Source: a bacterium
Lineage (GTDB): Bacteria > Zhuqueibacterota > Zhuqueibacteria > Residuimicrobiales > Krinioviventaceae
Direction: 5' to 3'
Length of the DNA stretch: 64,000 bases
Assembly: GCA_963693055.1 (NCBI GenBank)
Contig: OY843751.1
Span: 288,001 to 352,000 of the forward strand
Below the pieces are notes generated by a model, which saw only the letters and a program-made list of their open reading frames with translations, had not been told where the DNA came from and made no database searches. Shown piece by piece: positions 1 to 10,222 of the stretch. A program made the translations under genes and the position numbers. Positions within the stretch are counted from its first letter, which is position 1, and the number at the start of each line of letters is the position of its first letter.

Positions 1-165
1 AATACAGATACTGAATTGATTAAAAATTATGTGTCAGATTTTATCAATACATATCCGGATAGTTACTATATTAAAGATTTACTAAACTGGACACATTATG
101 CCTTTGAAAGACTGAATAAGAAAGACCAAGGAAAGGCTTTTCTTGCCAGTATCTGCACAAAATAA
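1..165 (+). CDS. 3' end of an upstream gene (partial), possibly TPR/YbgF-like helical protein
   Basis: Frame +1 is open from base 1 to TAA at 163-165 (NTDTELIKNYVSDFINTYPDSYYIKDLL...); the F-x3-YP-x-S pattern is typical of TPR-like helices. Confidence 0.5.
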   Translation, partial: NTDTELIKNYVSDFINTYPDSYYIKDLLNWTHYAFERLNKKDQGKAFLASICTK

Positions 166-398
166 GGAGATATTGTAAAATAACTTTAATTTTTCTTGTG
201 GTTTTTCAATTATGTGAGAAATAAATGATAAATTGCTTGATTGTTTCTGAAAAAAATCCCTTATTTGAATATACCAGTCCTTAGGATGCAAGCTGAAGCA
301 TCACAAAGGAGTATTTAACGAGATGCGCTTAAGCGCATCCTGCAATCGTGCTGACTCTGGCAGGGGGAGGCACATCATTAATTTTCAAGGAGGGCTGA

Positions 399-671
399 AT
401 GAATAAAGCTGAACTTGTTACCAAGGTTGCTGAAATTACGGGGACTAAAAAATCAGCAAAAGAAGCTGTTGACAAAGTTCTCTCCACCATTACCGAGGCA
501 TTAAAAGCTGGTGAATCTGTGCCATTAATTGGATTTGGAACCTTTAAAGTTGTAGACAAACCCGCAAGACAGGGACGTAACCCCCTAACCGGTCAAACCA
601 TTCAAATTGCAGCCAAAACAGTACCGAAATTCGTACCCGGAAAAGCACTCAAAGATGCTGTAAATAAATAA
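399..671 (+). CDS. hup: DNA-binding protein HU
   Basis: 90 aa; MNKAELV start, GFGTF and GRNPLTG motifs; RBS AAGGAGG upstream. Confidence 0.97.
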   Translation: MNKAELVTKVAEITGTKKSAKEAVDKVLSTITEALKAGESVPLIGFGTFKVVDKPARQGRNPLTGQTIQIAAKTVPKFVPGKALKDAVNK

Positions 672-675
672 TCTT

Positions 676-706
676 AAAAAATGCCGGAGGACATCCGGCA
701 TTTTTT
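676..706 (+). terminator. Rho-independent terminator after hup (potentially bidirectional)
   Basis: AAAAAATGCCGGA-ggaca-TCCGGCATTTTTT, 13-bp stem ending in a T run. Confidence 0.9.
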
Positions 707-850
707 ATTTTTATTTCATGGGCTTTCGTTTTGATTATATTCAAATAACACCAGTTTATCCTGTTATAGAATAATTCGTTCTTGAAAAATAATGTTACTT
801 GTTATCAAAAGTCACATAATAAATATTGAATGCATGGATTGGAACCAGAT

Positions 851-1705
851 ATGAAAACATTATTATTAAAATTATGGGATGCTTTTGGTCATTTTATAGG
901 CAGGTTGACCGGCAAATATTATTGGGAAGATTATATACGGGTTTATCCGGATGGACTCTGCATTAACCGGCGAGGTTTAAAACGGGCCCCTACTCAAAAT
1001 GATATTAATAATTATTTGAATCATCGCAAATTCTATAATTTTGTTTCTCAATTTGTAAAAGAAAAAACTGTTGCCGATATCGGTTGCGGCAGCGGCTATG
1101 GTTCGGATATCATGCGGCAGGCTGGTGCCAAAGCGGTCTTTGGCGCGGATGTGTCCAAACATGCTGTCCGATTTGCTAAAAACAGATACCGTGATATCCA
1201 TTTCAGCCTGCAAAGTATTACCGATTTGAAACACTATGCTGATAATCAATTTGATGTAATAATTTGCAGTGAAGTATTGGAACACATTAAAGAGTATAAC
1301 AAGGAACAGGATGCCATAAAAGAGCTGGCAAGAGTGACCAAAAAAAGCGGACTGATTATTTTGGGTACGCCTAACAGCGAGCTGTTGGGAGATCATGGTT
1401 TCACTTTTCAAGAAATGGATGCGTTGATGCAATCCCATTTTAATCAATTTGTTATATTTGAAAACGCACTGGTGCCTGCGGGTCAGTTTCGTGACAACTG
1501 GCAGCAGCGTCTGGACAAGGGGCAGACCGGCATTATTGTGTCTGAAAAGATTAATCTTGCCGAGACAGTAAAACTGGAGGATGAATCTCTGGAAGTAAAA
1601 GCAGGTATTGAACCGGGGATGTTTCAATTGGGTGATCTGGAAATTAATACAACCTTGTTACACAATACACATTCCTGGGTGGTTATTGCGATAAATAATA
1701 AATAG
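851..1705 (+). CDS. Class I SAM-dependent methyltransferase
   Basis: Motif I VADIGCGSGYG, GADVS, FDVIICSEVLEHI. The ATG at 851 is preferred to 830. Confidence 0.88.
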   Translation: MKTLLLKLWDAFGHFIGRLTGKYYWEDYIRVYPDGLCINRRGLKRAPTQNDINNYLNHRKFYNFVSQFVKEKTVADIGCGSGYGSDIMRQAGAKAVFGADVSKHAVRFAKNRYRDIHFSLQSITDLKHYADNQFDVIICSEVLEHIKEYNKEQDAIKELARVTKKSGLIILGTPNSELLGDHGFTFQEMDALMQSHFNQFVIFENALVPAGQFRDNWQQRLDKGQTGIIVSEKINLAETVKLEDESLEVKAGIEPGMFQLGDLEINTTLLHNTHSWVVIAINNK

Positions 1706-1744
1706 CCGGAATGATTCAACTCTGAATAAAGAAAGGAAATTGTT

Positions 1745-2314
1745 TTGACATATAAAGAGCTATTAACAGCACGACGTTCCATACGGAAATATGAGGAAAA
1801 ATCCGTACCTTTGGAAACCATCAAAGAATTGATTGCCGAGAGTACTTTTGCTCCGAACGCGGGGAATGAACAGCCGTGGAAAATTATTGTTGTTCAGGAT
1901 AAAGCATTAATGAAACGCATGTCTGACGATAGCAAGAAGAACATCCTGGAACGTATCCGTGCGAATCCTGATAATTATGCAAAGAAATATGATACCATGC
2001 TTAGCAATCCTGCATATAATGTGTATTATAATGCGCCTTGCCTGGTTCTGGTTTTGGGGCTTTCACATTTGAAAAATGTACAGATTGATTGTACTTTGGC
2101 TGCTAGCTATTTTATGATGGGTGCGGCAGACAGGGGATTAGGCACTTGCTGGGTGAATCTGGGCGGTGTTATCAAAGATACTGATCTGGTAAAAGTGTTG
2201 GGTATTCCGGAGGATTGTCAAATTGTTGCCCCTATTATTATAGGTTATCCCGATCAAAATGCCCATGTACCCAAACGCAAAGATCCTGAAATTCTCACTA
2301 TACTCAACGAATAA
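1745..2314 (+). CDS. Nitroreductase family protein
   Basis: RRSIRKY, APNAGNEQPW, GLGTCWV motifs; TTG start after AAAGGA. Confidence 0.92.
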   Translation: MTYKELLTARRSIRKYEEKSVPLETIKELIAESTFAPNAGNEQPWKIIVVQDKALMKRMSDDSKKNILERIRANPDNYAKKYDTMLSNPAYNVYYNAPCLVLVLGLSHLKNVQIDCTLAASYFMMGAADRGLGTCWVNLGGVIKDTDLVKVLGIPEDCQIVAPIIIGYPDQNAHVPKRKDPEILTILNE

Positions 2315-2335
2315 GCAGGTCAAGGGGGGCTTAAA

Positions 2336-3085
2336 ATGAAACCGGGAATTTTGATCATGTTATTATTTATACCAGGCTCACAATCATCTGCAACGGACAA
2401 GGATTTTTTAGACTATCAATTGCAGTTTGAGCGTGTACATAAAGCCCAATCCACTAAACTATTGGTTTTGGAAAAATCCTTTCAATCGGCGGGCCTGGAA
2501 TTCCCTCCAAAAGAGATGTTTATCCGGATTTTCAAAAAAGAAGGAACCGTTGAATTGTGGGCCAGATCCTCTGAAACCGAAGCCTTTTGTTTTATTAAAT
2601 CGTGGCCGTTTTGCAAAAACTCGGGCAAGCTGGGGCCAAAACGCCGTGAGGGAGATTTGCAAATACCTGAAGGATTTTATCATATTGTCAATTTTAATCC
2701 AACCAGTAAATTTTATTTATCTTTACGGATCAACTATCCCAATGCTTCGGATAAAATTTTGGGTGACCCGGAAAAGCCCGGAGGAGATATTTATATTCAT
2801 GGCGGTTGTCAGACCCAGGGGTGCATTCCCATTTGGGATGACGAGATTCAGGAATTGTATTTAGCTGCGGTATATGCAAAATCACAGGGGCAGGAAAAAA
2901 TACCCGTACATATTTTTCCAATTCATTTCACAGATACGCATATGCGGGTGTTTGAAAAGATCAGCAACAAAAAGGATATAAGATTTTGGAAAAATCTTGA
3001 AAAAGGATACAAATATTTTGAAAAATATCGCATATTACCGGAAATTTCTGTAGATTTAAATACAGGAGATTATATTATCCAATAA
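2336..3085 (+). CDS. L,D-transpeptidase, YafK/DpaA-like (YkuD domain)
   Basis: SGKLGPKRREGDLQIPEGFY; catalytic HGG...GC motif (IYIHGGCQTQGCI); signal peptide. Confidence 0.88.
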   Translation: MKPGILIMLLFIPGSQSSATDKDFLDYQLQFERVHKAQSTKLLVLEKSFQSAGLEFPPKEMFIRIFKKEGTVELWARSSETEAFCFIKSWPFCKNSGKLGPKRREGDLQIPEGFYHIVNFNPTSKFYLSLRINYPNASDKILGDPEKPGGDIYIHGGCQTQGCIPIWDDEIQELYLAAVYAKSQGQEKIPVHIFPIHFTDTHMRVFEKISNKKDIRFWKNLEKGYKYFEKYRILPEISVDLNTGDYIIQ

Positions 3086-3099
3086 AGAGGGGAGAAACA

Positions 3100-3624
3100 A
3101 TGGGCGTAACCATTCATTTCGAAGGACGATTAAAGGGAGAGCAGGCTTACGAACGCGTTATTGCTTCTGCAAAGGTTGTAGCCAGGGATATGGGGTGGTC
3201 TGTCAAAGAGATTTCAGAAACGCATACCACGCTGAAACGTGTAAAAAATCAAGAGACTTGGGACTATACAGGGCCTTCTAAAGGGGTGCAGTTTTTTCCG
3301 CACGAGTATTGTGAGCCCTTGCGGTTGGAATTTGACAGGGATTATTACATCCAGGAACACGTAAAAACCCAGTTTGCTCCAATAGAGATCCATGTGCTGG
3401 TTTGTGAATTTTTACATGCCATTGAACACGAGTTTGAACAATTGATTGTGGATGATGAGGGTGAATATTATAAAACAGCTAATGTGAATCGGCTTGCGCA
3501 ACATATCGATAAAATTTTTGATATGTTAAAAGAATATCTGGAAAAGGATGATAAATATTATGGTCCCATTCGTCTGGATAATGGACGAATTATAGACGTT
3601 ATGGGCAAAGATTCGGAAGAATAG
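3100..3624 (+). CDS. Hypothetical protein
   Basis: 174-aa ORF with GGAG RBS in operon context; no motif recognised. Confidence 0.75.
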   Translation: MGVTIHFEGRLKGEQAYERVIASAKVVARDMGWSVKEISETHTTLKRVKNQETWDYTGPSKGVQFFPHEYCEPLRLEFDRDYYIQEHVKTQFAPIEIHVLVCEFLHAIEHEFEQLIVDDEGEYYKTANVNRLAQHIDKIFDMLKEYLEKDDKYYGPIRLDNGRIIDVMGKDSEE

Positions 3625-3650
3625 GGGTGCCCAATACAGGGGAATAGATT

Positions 3651-4619
3651 ATGTATACAGTAACTCGAATTGTAATGATAGTCATGTTGCTGCTCATCGG
3701 GGTTTTTCAAGCGCAGGGACAACAGCTATATTTTGCATCAGCTGAAAAAGCGCGGCAGATCTTGACATGTAAAGATGAGTATGTAAAGTGCCTGAGCCCG
3801 TTCGACATGTCGGCTCGTATGAAAACCGACCAGACTGTAACTTTGGAACAGTTTCTGGAACATTCCGGCAATGCGGCCATGGAATGGCAGGCGGATGAAC
3901 AGAAAATAGTAGAAAATGTATTTGAAAACATAAAGCCGGCGTTGGCCCCATTTGTGGCTTTGCTGCCGGATTCTATCATGATGATCAGAACTAACGGCCA
4001 GATTGAAGGAGGCTCTCCTTATACCCGCAGCAATGCAGTGGTATTTACACCCCAGGTCTTTACCCTGTCAGACAGCATTATGCAGGAGGTTCTGGCGCAT
4101 GAATTGTTTCATGTCATTACCCGTGCTCATCCACAGCTCAAGAGACAATTGTATAAAAGCATTGGATTTCACTATTGTGGAGAAATAAAATTTCCCGAGA
4201 TGTTAAAGGCCCGTAAAATGACGAATCCCGATGCTCCTTTTAATGACCATTGTATTCAGGTGAGTATTGCGGATGAACAGAAATGGGTAGTGCCTATACT
4301 CTATTCACGTACCGACAAATATAATACACAAACAGGTGGTGATATTTTCAGGTACATGTTTGTGGCGTTCCTGATGGTTGATTATACTCCGGGTGATAAC
4401 GGGACGGGCGAGTTGTATGATCCTCAAAATCTAAAGTTGGCAACATTTGATCAGCTTGAGGGATTTTATGAGCAGGTTGGGCATAATACGGAATATATCA
4501 TCCATCCGGAAGAGACCCTTGCTGATAATTTTTCATTAATGATATTGGGTGTTGAATCTTTGCCGTCTCCCGGGATTATTGAAAAAATACGACAGGTACT
4601 GATTAATTTCAAGATGTAA
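3651..4619 (+). CDS. Secreted putative zinc metallopeptidase (HEXXH)
   Basis: Signal peptide; AHELFH motif plus distal HPEETLAD (candidate third Glu ligand). Confidence 0.65.
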   Translation: MYTVTRIVMIVMLLLIGVFQAQGQQLYFASAEKARQILTCKDEYVKCLSPFDMSARMKTDQTVTLEQFLEHSGNAAMEWQADEQKIVENVFENIKPALAPFVALLPDSIMMIRTNGQIEGGSPYTRSNAVVFTPQVFTLSDSIMQEVLAHELFHVITRAHPQLKRQLYKSIGFHYCGEIKFPEMLKARKMTNPDAPFNDHCIQVSIADEQKWVVPILYSRTDKYNTQTGGDIFRYMFVAFLMVDYTPGDNGTGELYDPQNLKLATFDQLEGFYEQVGHNTEYIIHPEETLADNFSLMILGVESLPSPGIIEKIRQVLINFKM

Positions 4620-4699
4620 AATAGAATCCATTGTCGTTCAGATGTTTGATAATGGGATTCTGAATGTTAAAATGTTTTAATCCGTTGTTTGGAGGCGTT

Positions 4700-5593
4700 A
4701 TGTACAACGTTCAAATCGATAAAACCTTGTGTATTGCTTGCGGTATATGCGGACAAATTTGTCCCCGTCATATAGCGGAAATTGTAAAACAAGAAGATGA
4801 GAAATATACCCAAATTTCACCGGAACGTATACATTTGTGTATGGAATGCGGACATTGTGTTGCCGTTTGTCCAAATAACGCTATTTCAATGGATGGATTC
4901 TCGATGGATGAATATGGCCCCCTGCAAGCCATGAAAGTGGACAGTAATTCATTGCTCACGTTGATGAAGCAAAGACGTTCGGTGCGAAAGTACAAAGACA
5001 AACGGGTGCCGCGCGAGATTATTAACAAACTGGTAGATGCTGCGCAAACCTCTCCTACCGGCTCAGGGCACACGGCTACGGGTGTGATCATAATCGATGA
5101 TCCTGAAAAGCTTGTCCGGCTCTCTGAATTGAGTTATGATATGTATGAAGGATTGATCAAAGCGTTTAAAAATCCTGTTGCCCGGTTTTTTATAAAACAA
5201 AAAGTTGGTATTGAAAAATACAGTACGTTAAAAGATTTTGTGCTGCCGGGCATGCACTGGTATATCAAATGGTACCGGGAGGGCAAAAGCAACGAGATCT
5301 TGCGTGACAGTCCGGCAATCATGCTGTTCCACGCACCCAAACATGAACCGGTTGGCGCAGAGAACTGTCTTGTTACGGCTTTTCATGTCATCATGATGGC
5401 GCTGACTTTGGGCATAGGCACTTGCTTTAACGATCTGGTCCCTCCGGCCTGTAACCGCATGCCGGAGATCCGGCAACTGCTGGGACTCGCATCGGACCGG
5501 AATGTCTATGCCAGTGTAACGCTGGGATACCCCAAATATTCATTCCATAAAGTACCCCCGCGCAAGCTGGCGGATGTTCGGTATTTGGATTGA
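4700..5593 (+). CDS. Nitroreductase with N-terminal 2x[4Fe-4S] ferredoxin domain
   Basis: CIACGICGQICP and CMECGHCVAVCP, then RRSVRKY and LGIGTCF; GGAGG RBS before the ATG at 4700. Confidence 0.92.
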   Translation: MYNVQIDKTLCIACGICGQICPRHIAEIVKQEDEKYTQISPERIHLCMECGHCVAVCPNNAISMDGFSMDEYGPLQAMKVDSNSLLTLMKQRRSVRKYKDKRVPREIINKLVDAAQTSPTGSGHTATGVIIIDDPEKLVRLSELSYDMYEGLIKAFKNPVARFFIKQKVGIEKYSTLKDFVLPGMHWYIKWYREGKSNEILRDSPAIMLFHAPKHEPVGAENCLVTAFHVIMMALTLGIGTCFNDLVPPACNRMPEIRQLLGLASDRNVYASVTLGYPKYSFHKVPPRKLADVRYLD

Positions 5594-5673
5594 GATTTTT
5601 ATAGATACTGGTATCATGTTTGCAACCTTGATTAACCTCATAAAAACATAATGTTAATATCAAGGACAGAGAC

Positions 5674-6831
5674 ATGAACATGAAACTGCAATCCACAGCA
5701 TTATTCATTCTGCTCCTGTTTTCCATTACTTTTGGTCAGAATATTTTTGGTACCTGGGTCAGTCCGCAAATTAACGCGACCATGACACTGAACCAGGACG
5801 GAACTTTTATTTTTGATGGTCCCAACGGTCATTACACCGGCGCCTGGGGTGTGCAGGGGCAGTCGCTTGTCATGCAGGATCAGTTGGGGCAAATGTATCA
5901 ATATGCGGTTACACAATTTAGCGATACGGTATTGCACCTGATGGATGGATATGGAAATGCAATCGCTTATGAACGTCCCGTGCAAACCCGGCAGCAAACC
6001 ACAATTTTAGCAGAATCGAACGGATTACAGCTCAACAGTGGTCATGTGCAAACCGGTATTGATATTGTCCAGTTTATTATCGGTCAGGAGATCAAATCCA
6101 ACGAGGTTGAGGAGCTGACTCAATCGTCTATTGAAGAATTTCAAACCTATCCTCAGGAATTTATCCGGCAAATCACCAGCTTGCAACAGTCATTGATAAC
6201 AATCAAGTCCTTGCAGGACCCGTTACAGATCGGGACCTTGCGTCAGATGCTCATTGCAGAGTTTCATAAAGCGACCCTCCCCATGAAAGAAGTGGATAAA
6301 CCCCTGCTCATCCGGGTGATGAACCGCTATGTAAAGGTCCTGGCTTTTGATGAGGCAAACAATCTGGTTTTAACCAACAAAGATGTAACGGCCATGATCG
6401 ATTATATCGTGTTTTCCAATCAGTTGTCCGGCATAATTCAAACCGTATCGAATTCGGATCGGGAACAGTTTACAAAAGAATTGGTACAGCAGTTTACTAC
6501 ACTGCCCCTTGAACAAAAGCAGTTTCTATGTTCGGCAAGTCTGGCCTGGGACCTGGTGCAAAAGAACTGGCAAAATATGGCACAGAACCAGCGCGTACAG
6601 GTACAGCAGAATTACGCGGGTTCAGTAGGCGCGCAAAACCAACAGGTATATAATGGAGGAACACCTTCACAGCAGGAAATGGCACAGATGCAGCGGGATT
6701 TCAACGCTCAGCAAAACATGATGACCATGATGAACAACATGTCCCTGCAAAACCATGCTACCATGCTGAATACCATCGAGAATTTTGGCGGCACCGGTAA
6801 TTACTGGGAAGTCACGGATATGGGATATTGA
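5674..6831 (+). CDS. Secreted hypothetical protein, Gln/Met/Asn-rich C-terminus
   Basis: Signal peptide; beta-rich N-terminal segment (GTWVS...GAWGV); Q-rich helical remainder. Confidence 0.7.
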   Translation: MNMKLQSTALFILLLFSITFGQNIFGTWVSPQINATMTLNQDGTFIFDGPNGHYTGAWGVQGQSLVMQDQLGQMYQYAVTQFSDTVLHLMDGYGNAIAYERPVQTRQQTTILAESNGLQLNSGHVQTGIDIVQFIIGQEIKSNEVEELTQSSIEEFQTYPQEFIRQITSLQQSLITIKSLQDPLQIGTLRQMLIAEFHKATLPMKEVDKPLLIRVMNRYVKVLAFDEANNLVLTNKDVTAMIDYIVFSNQLSGIIQTVSNSDREQFTKELVQQFTTLPLEQKQFLCSASLAWDLVQKNWQNMAQNQRVQVQQNYAGSVGAQNQQVYNGGTPSQQEMAQMQRDFNAQQNMMTMMNNMSLQNHATMLNTIENFGGTGNYWEVTDMGY

Positions 6832-6885
6832 TCCGCATTGTTTAATTCTCTTGCATATTTCCCCCGAATCCTTTAATTAATAAAT

Positions 6886-6911
6886 AACCCTGCCAGTCAT
6901 GGCAGGGTTTT
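6886..6911 (+). terminator. Putative intrinsic terminator
   Basis: AACCCTGCCA-gtca-TGGCAGGGTT followed by TT. Confidence 0.65.
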
Positions 6912-7032
6912 AAAAAATTCCCCTTGAAGTAAAAATTAGAGTTATATCTGACAAGCTGTAATGTCTACGGGCAGGAATTGCTGGTTTGATTAACGTAGGA
7001 TAGTAAAAGATTAATTTATAAAGGAAGACAAG

Positions 7033-8244
7033 ATGAACAAGGTTTGGGTATCTGTGGCAGTGGTTTTGATGTTTATATGCGTTAATGTAATGATAATGGC
7101 GGCTGAACCTGTTCCTGATCTTCCTCCGGTTATTGGGCCATATCTGCAAAATCCGGGTGAAAGCAGTATGACAGTCTGCCTGGCGACAAAAGATGCGGGA
7201 TCGGTACTGGTGTCGTTAAATAAGGCCGGTTCTGAGGAAGAACGTATATTTACTGCGGAACCAGATCGCATTCCGGATACAGAATGGACTGTCTGGAAAG
7301 CCAGGCTCGAAAATCTACAAAATGTCGAGTATGAATATACCGTCCGGTATGAGCGGTTAAATGAAAGCCAATCCACAAAAAACTGCCGGTTTTGTTTACC
7401 CATAGCGGATGAAAAATCGGTCAATGCAGCCATATTTAATGATATTCACGGCAGGGTAGCAACGCTCGAGGCGCTTATGCAGTATTGCAGTCCTGATGAT
7501 TATGATTTTAGTGTGTTGCTGGGCGACTGCTGGAATGATCCGAAAAGTGTTGACTATGCCTTGTATTTGCTGGACCGATATATCCATCTGCTCAACGCGG
7601 GTGAAAAGCCCATGTTGTTTGTGCGTGGAAATCATGAATACCGCGGTGCATTTGCACACGATCTGGCATATTTGTTTGATCTACCTAATCTTGATGCATC
7701 GCAACCGACAGGTAAGCAGTATTTTAATTTTACGCTTACCACCGGGCCCGTCTGGTTTCTGGTTATGGATTGTGGTGAAGATTTTGAAAAAATGAACGAT
7801 GTCATGATGCCGTATCGTCAATATCAGGCGCAATGGCTGGAGACACTGTTGAAAAATAAAGCGGGAGAGAATGCCGCCTGGCGGGTATTTATCAGCCATA
7901 TTCCGCTTTACAATAAAAATATCTGGAATTCCGAACCGTCTCGTCAGACATGGGAGCCGCTGCTGGTGAATGCGGATATGGATCTGGCACTGGCTGCTCA
8001 TGATCATAGTTTTAAAACGCTGCAAGCAGGGCAAACCTTCAAAGTCACCCATGATCCGAAATATACTGAAAATCGCGGCGAATGGGAAATGACTCCGCCT
8101 TTTCCGGTTATTATCGGCGGTGGACCGGAGCTTGAGCGGGGCACGGTAAGGCTGTTGAATGCGGACCCGGACGAGATCCGGGTGCGCACAATCATGGCAA
8201 ATGATGGTTCGGTGGGTCAGGAATTTACTTTATCTGCAAAATAA
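7033..8244 (+). CDS. Secreted metallophosphoesterase (purple acid phosphatase-like)
   Basis: FNDIHG, LGDCWN, RGNHE, SHIP and AAHDH calcineurin-like motifs; signal peptide; GPYLQNP N-terminal motif. Confidence 0.88.
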   Translation: MNKVWVSVAVVLMFICVNVMIMAAEPVPDLPPVIGPYLQNPGESSMTVCLATKDAGSVLVSLNKAGSEEERIFTAEPDRIPDTEWTVWKARLENLQNVEYEYTVRYERLNESQSTKNCRFCLPIADEKSVNAAIFNDIHGRVATLEALMQYCSPDDYDFSVLLGDCWNDPKSVDYALYLLDRYIHLLNAGEKPMLFVRGNHEYRGAFAHDLAYLFDLPNLDASQPTGKQYFNFTLTTGPVWFLVMDCGEDFEKMNDVMMPYRQYQAQWLETLLKNKAGENAAWRVFISHIPLYNKNIWNSEPSRQTWEPLLVNADMDLALAAHDHSFKTLQAGQTFKVTHDPKYTENRGEWEMTPPFPVIIGGGPELERGTVRLLNADPDEIRVRTIMANDGSVGQEFTLSAK

Positions 8245-8284
8245 GTTTTAAAAGTTGAATCAACTTGACATATGGAGGAAACTA

Positions 8285-9316
8285 ATGGAAAATGCAAGTG
8301 TTGATCGCAGGAATTTTATCAAAGGGCTTGCTGCGGCAGGTCTGATTAGCAGTCTGGGTGCGGGAAAGATTTTTGCAGAGCAAGAGGCAACGCGTGGAAA
8401 TATCTGGGCATGCCTGCTTCATCTCAGTTTTAACATGTGGGAAGATAATATTTCTTCTTACAAACCGTTTCGGGGATATCGCCCCGAGTTGGAATTAAGT
8501 GAAGCCTTGTGGGCCGATTCTTTACGAAAAATGGCAGACAGTGGATTGAATATGGTACTGATCGACCTGGGTGACGCGGTCAGATATGACAGCCATCCTG
8601 AAATTGCCGTCAAGAACGCCTGGACCCCAAATCGTTTATATGATGAATTGGACAAAATTCGCAAATTGGGTTTGGAACCCATCCCCAAATTAAACTTTTC
8701 AACCACCCACGATGCCTGGCTGGGACCGTACGAAAGAATGGTTTCTACTCCGGAATATTACAAGGTATGCAGTGACCTGATTGCCGAAGTGACAGAACTG
8801 TTTGATAATCCACGTTTCTTTCATCTGGGAATGGATGAAGAAAAGGCCAAGTATCAGGATCATTATCGATACGTGTCTTTGCGCCAGGGTGACCTCTGGT
8901 GGGGAGATTTTTATTATCTGCTGGGTGAAGTGGAGAAAAATGGATCGAGGGCCTGGATCTGGTCTGATTACATGTGGGACCATCCGGAAGTGTTTTTCAA
9001 AAAGATGCCAAAATCCGTAGTGCAGAGTAACTGGTACTATAGTGAAGAGATTGATACCTCAAACAGAGGTGTAAAAGCGTATGAGCAGTTGGAAGAAAAG
9101 GGTTATGATCAGATACCCACCGGCAGTTATCATACAAACAATCCCAAGAGCATTGAAAACACGGTAAAGTATTGCAGTGAGAAAATAAAATCAGAAAAAT
9201 TGATGGGATTTTTACAAACCATTTGGATGCCCACCATTGAAGAGCATCGGCAGCGTTATTTAGATGGAATTGAATTTACAGGAAATGCAAAGAAATGGTT
9301 TGAAAAGAATCAATAG
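8285..9316 (+). CDS. Tat-exported TIM-barrel protein, GH20-like
   Basis: DRRNFIKG twin-arginine signal; FFHLGMDEE resembles the GH20 H-x-G-G-D-E motif; WIWSD and WYY motifs; GGAGGA RBS before 8285. Confidence 0.7.
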   Translation: MENASVDRRNFIKGLAAAGLISSLGAGKIFAEQEATRGNIWACLLHLSFNMWEDNISSYKPFRGYRPELELSEALWADSLRKMADSGLNMVLIDLGDAVRYDSHPEIAVKNAWTPNRLYDELDKIRKLGLEPIPKLNFSTTHDAWLGPYERMVSTPEYYKVCSDLIAEVTELFDNPRFFHLGMDEEKAKYQDHYRYVSLRQGDLWWGDFYYLLGEVEKNGSRAWIWSDYMWDHPEVFFKKMPKSVVQSNWYYSEEIDTSNRGVKAYEQLEEKGYDQIPTGSYHTNNPKSIENTVKYCSEKIKSEKLMGFLQTIWMPTIEEHRQRYLDGIEFTGNAKKWFEKNQ

Positions 9317-9342
9317 GTTGTTATTTGAAAAGACGGTTTGCC

Positions 9343-9720
9343 CTATGCATCGTTATTTTTAAGAAATTCTATGGCTTGTTCCATATCTGTAAAGAGTTGA
9401 CCATTTAAACCACTATTTTGTATTAATATTTTCATAAAATCATGCGAGCGATCTCCCGGTTTTAATACGGTAGCAACTAGTGCCGATTGATCAATTTCCG
9501 GGATATCCCGCATTAATGTATATGCAAATTGATAATTTTTAAAAACAGAGTCTATATTTTTAGCTTCTGTAAAGTCGAGAAGGTATTTATTGATTCCCAA
9601 TTCTTTACCTTTTTTGTGCGATTCAATATTATATTCAATAGATTTTTCACTGGTAAGCTTACCTGTTACTTTTTGTATGATGTAATTGCCGTCTTTTGAT
9701 ACTGTGATTGAACAACTCAT
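9343..9720 (-). CDS. Small STAS/SpoIIAA-like hypothetical protein (paralog 1)
   Basis: 125 aa; KYLLDFTEA...FTDMEQAIEFL pattern; clear paralog of 9842-10222. Confidence 0.65.
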   Translation of the reverse strand: MSCSITVSKDGNYIIQKVTGKLTSEKSIEYNIESHKKGKELGINKYLLDFTEAKNIDSVFKNYQFAYTLMRDIPEIDQSALVATVLKPGDRSHDFMKILIQNSGLNGQLFTDMEQAIEFLKNNDA

Positions 9721-9841
9721 AGCACCTCTTTTTTCCTGAATATTGGCTAGTAAAACATTGTTCTAACAAATGATTTTTTTTATTCTTGTTATATCAAATA
9801 AATTACAATACTACTATATATAATTATTTCGGATGTCAGTT

Positions 9842-10222
9842 TTATTCCTGCTGATCTTTTAACAAGTAACGAATTGCTTCATCCCGGTCCCGGAATATTT
9901 TTACATTTAAACCGCTGTTTTGAGATACCGTTTCAATAAAATCGTGCGAGTGGTCGTCCGGACTCACAAGTGTAGCGATGCGTGCATTTCTAACGTCTTT
10001 CGGCATTTTTTTCATGTCTTTATATGCAAACTGGTAATTGTTGACGGCTGTATCCGTATTGCGTGCCTGGGTCATATCAACCAGGAATTTATTGATACTT
10101 TTTTCTTTTCCCAATGCATGGGTTTCCTGGTTGAATTGCATAGCTTTTGCCCGGTTTATTTCACCAGAAACTTTTTGGATAATGTATTTTCTGTCAGGGG
10201 AGAGGGTTATAGTGCATTCCAT
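9842..10222 (-). CDS. Small STAS/SpoIIAA-like hypothetical protein (paralog 2)
   Basis: 126 aa; KFLVDMTQA...FRDRDEAIRYL; AAGGAGG RBS. Confidence 0.65.
   Translation of the reverse strand: MECTITLSPDRKYIIQKVSGEINRAKAMQFNQETHALGKEKSINKFLVDMTQARNTDTAVNNYQFAYKDMKKMPKDVRNARIATLVSPDDHSHDFIETVSQNSGLNVKIFRDRDEAIRYLLKDQQE

Noticed and set aside
977-1627. Long antisense ORFs here and over the nif/ABC genes
   Set aside because: They are shadows of well-supported sense-strand genes and have no recognisable motifs.
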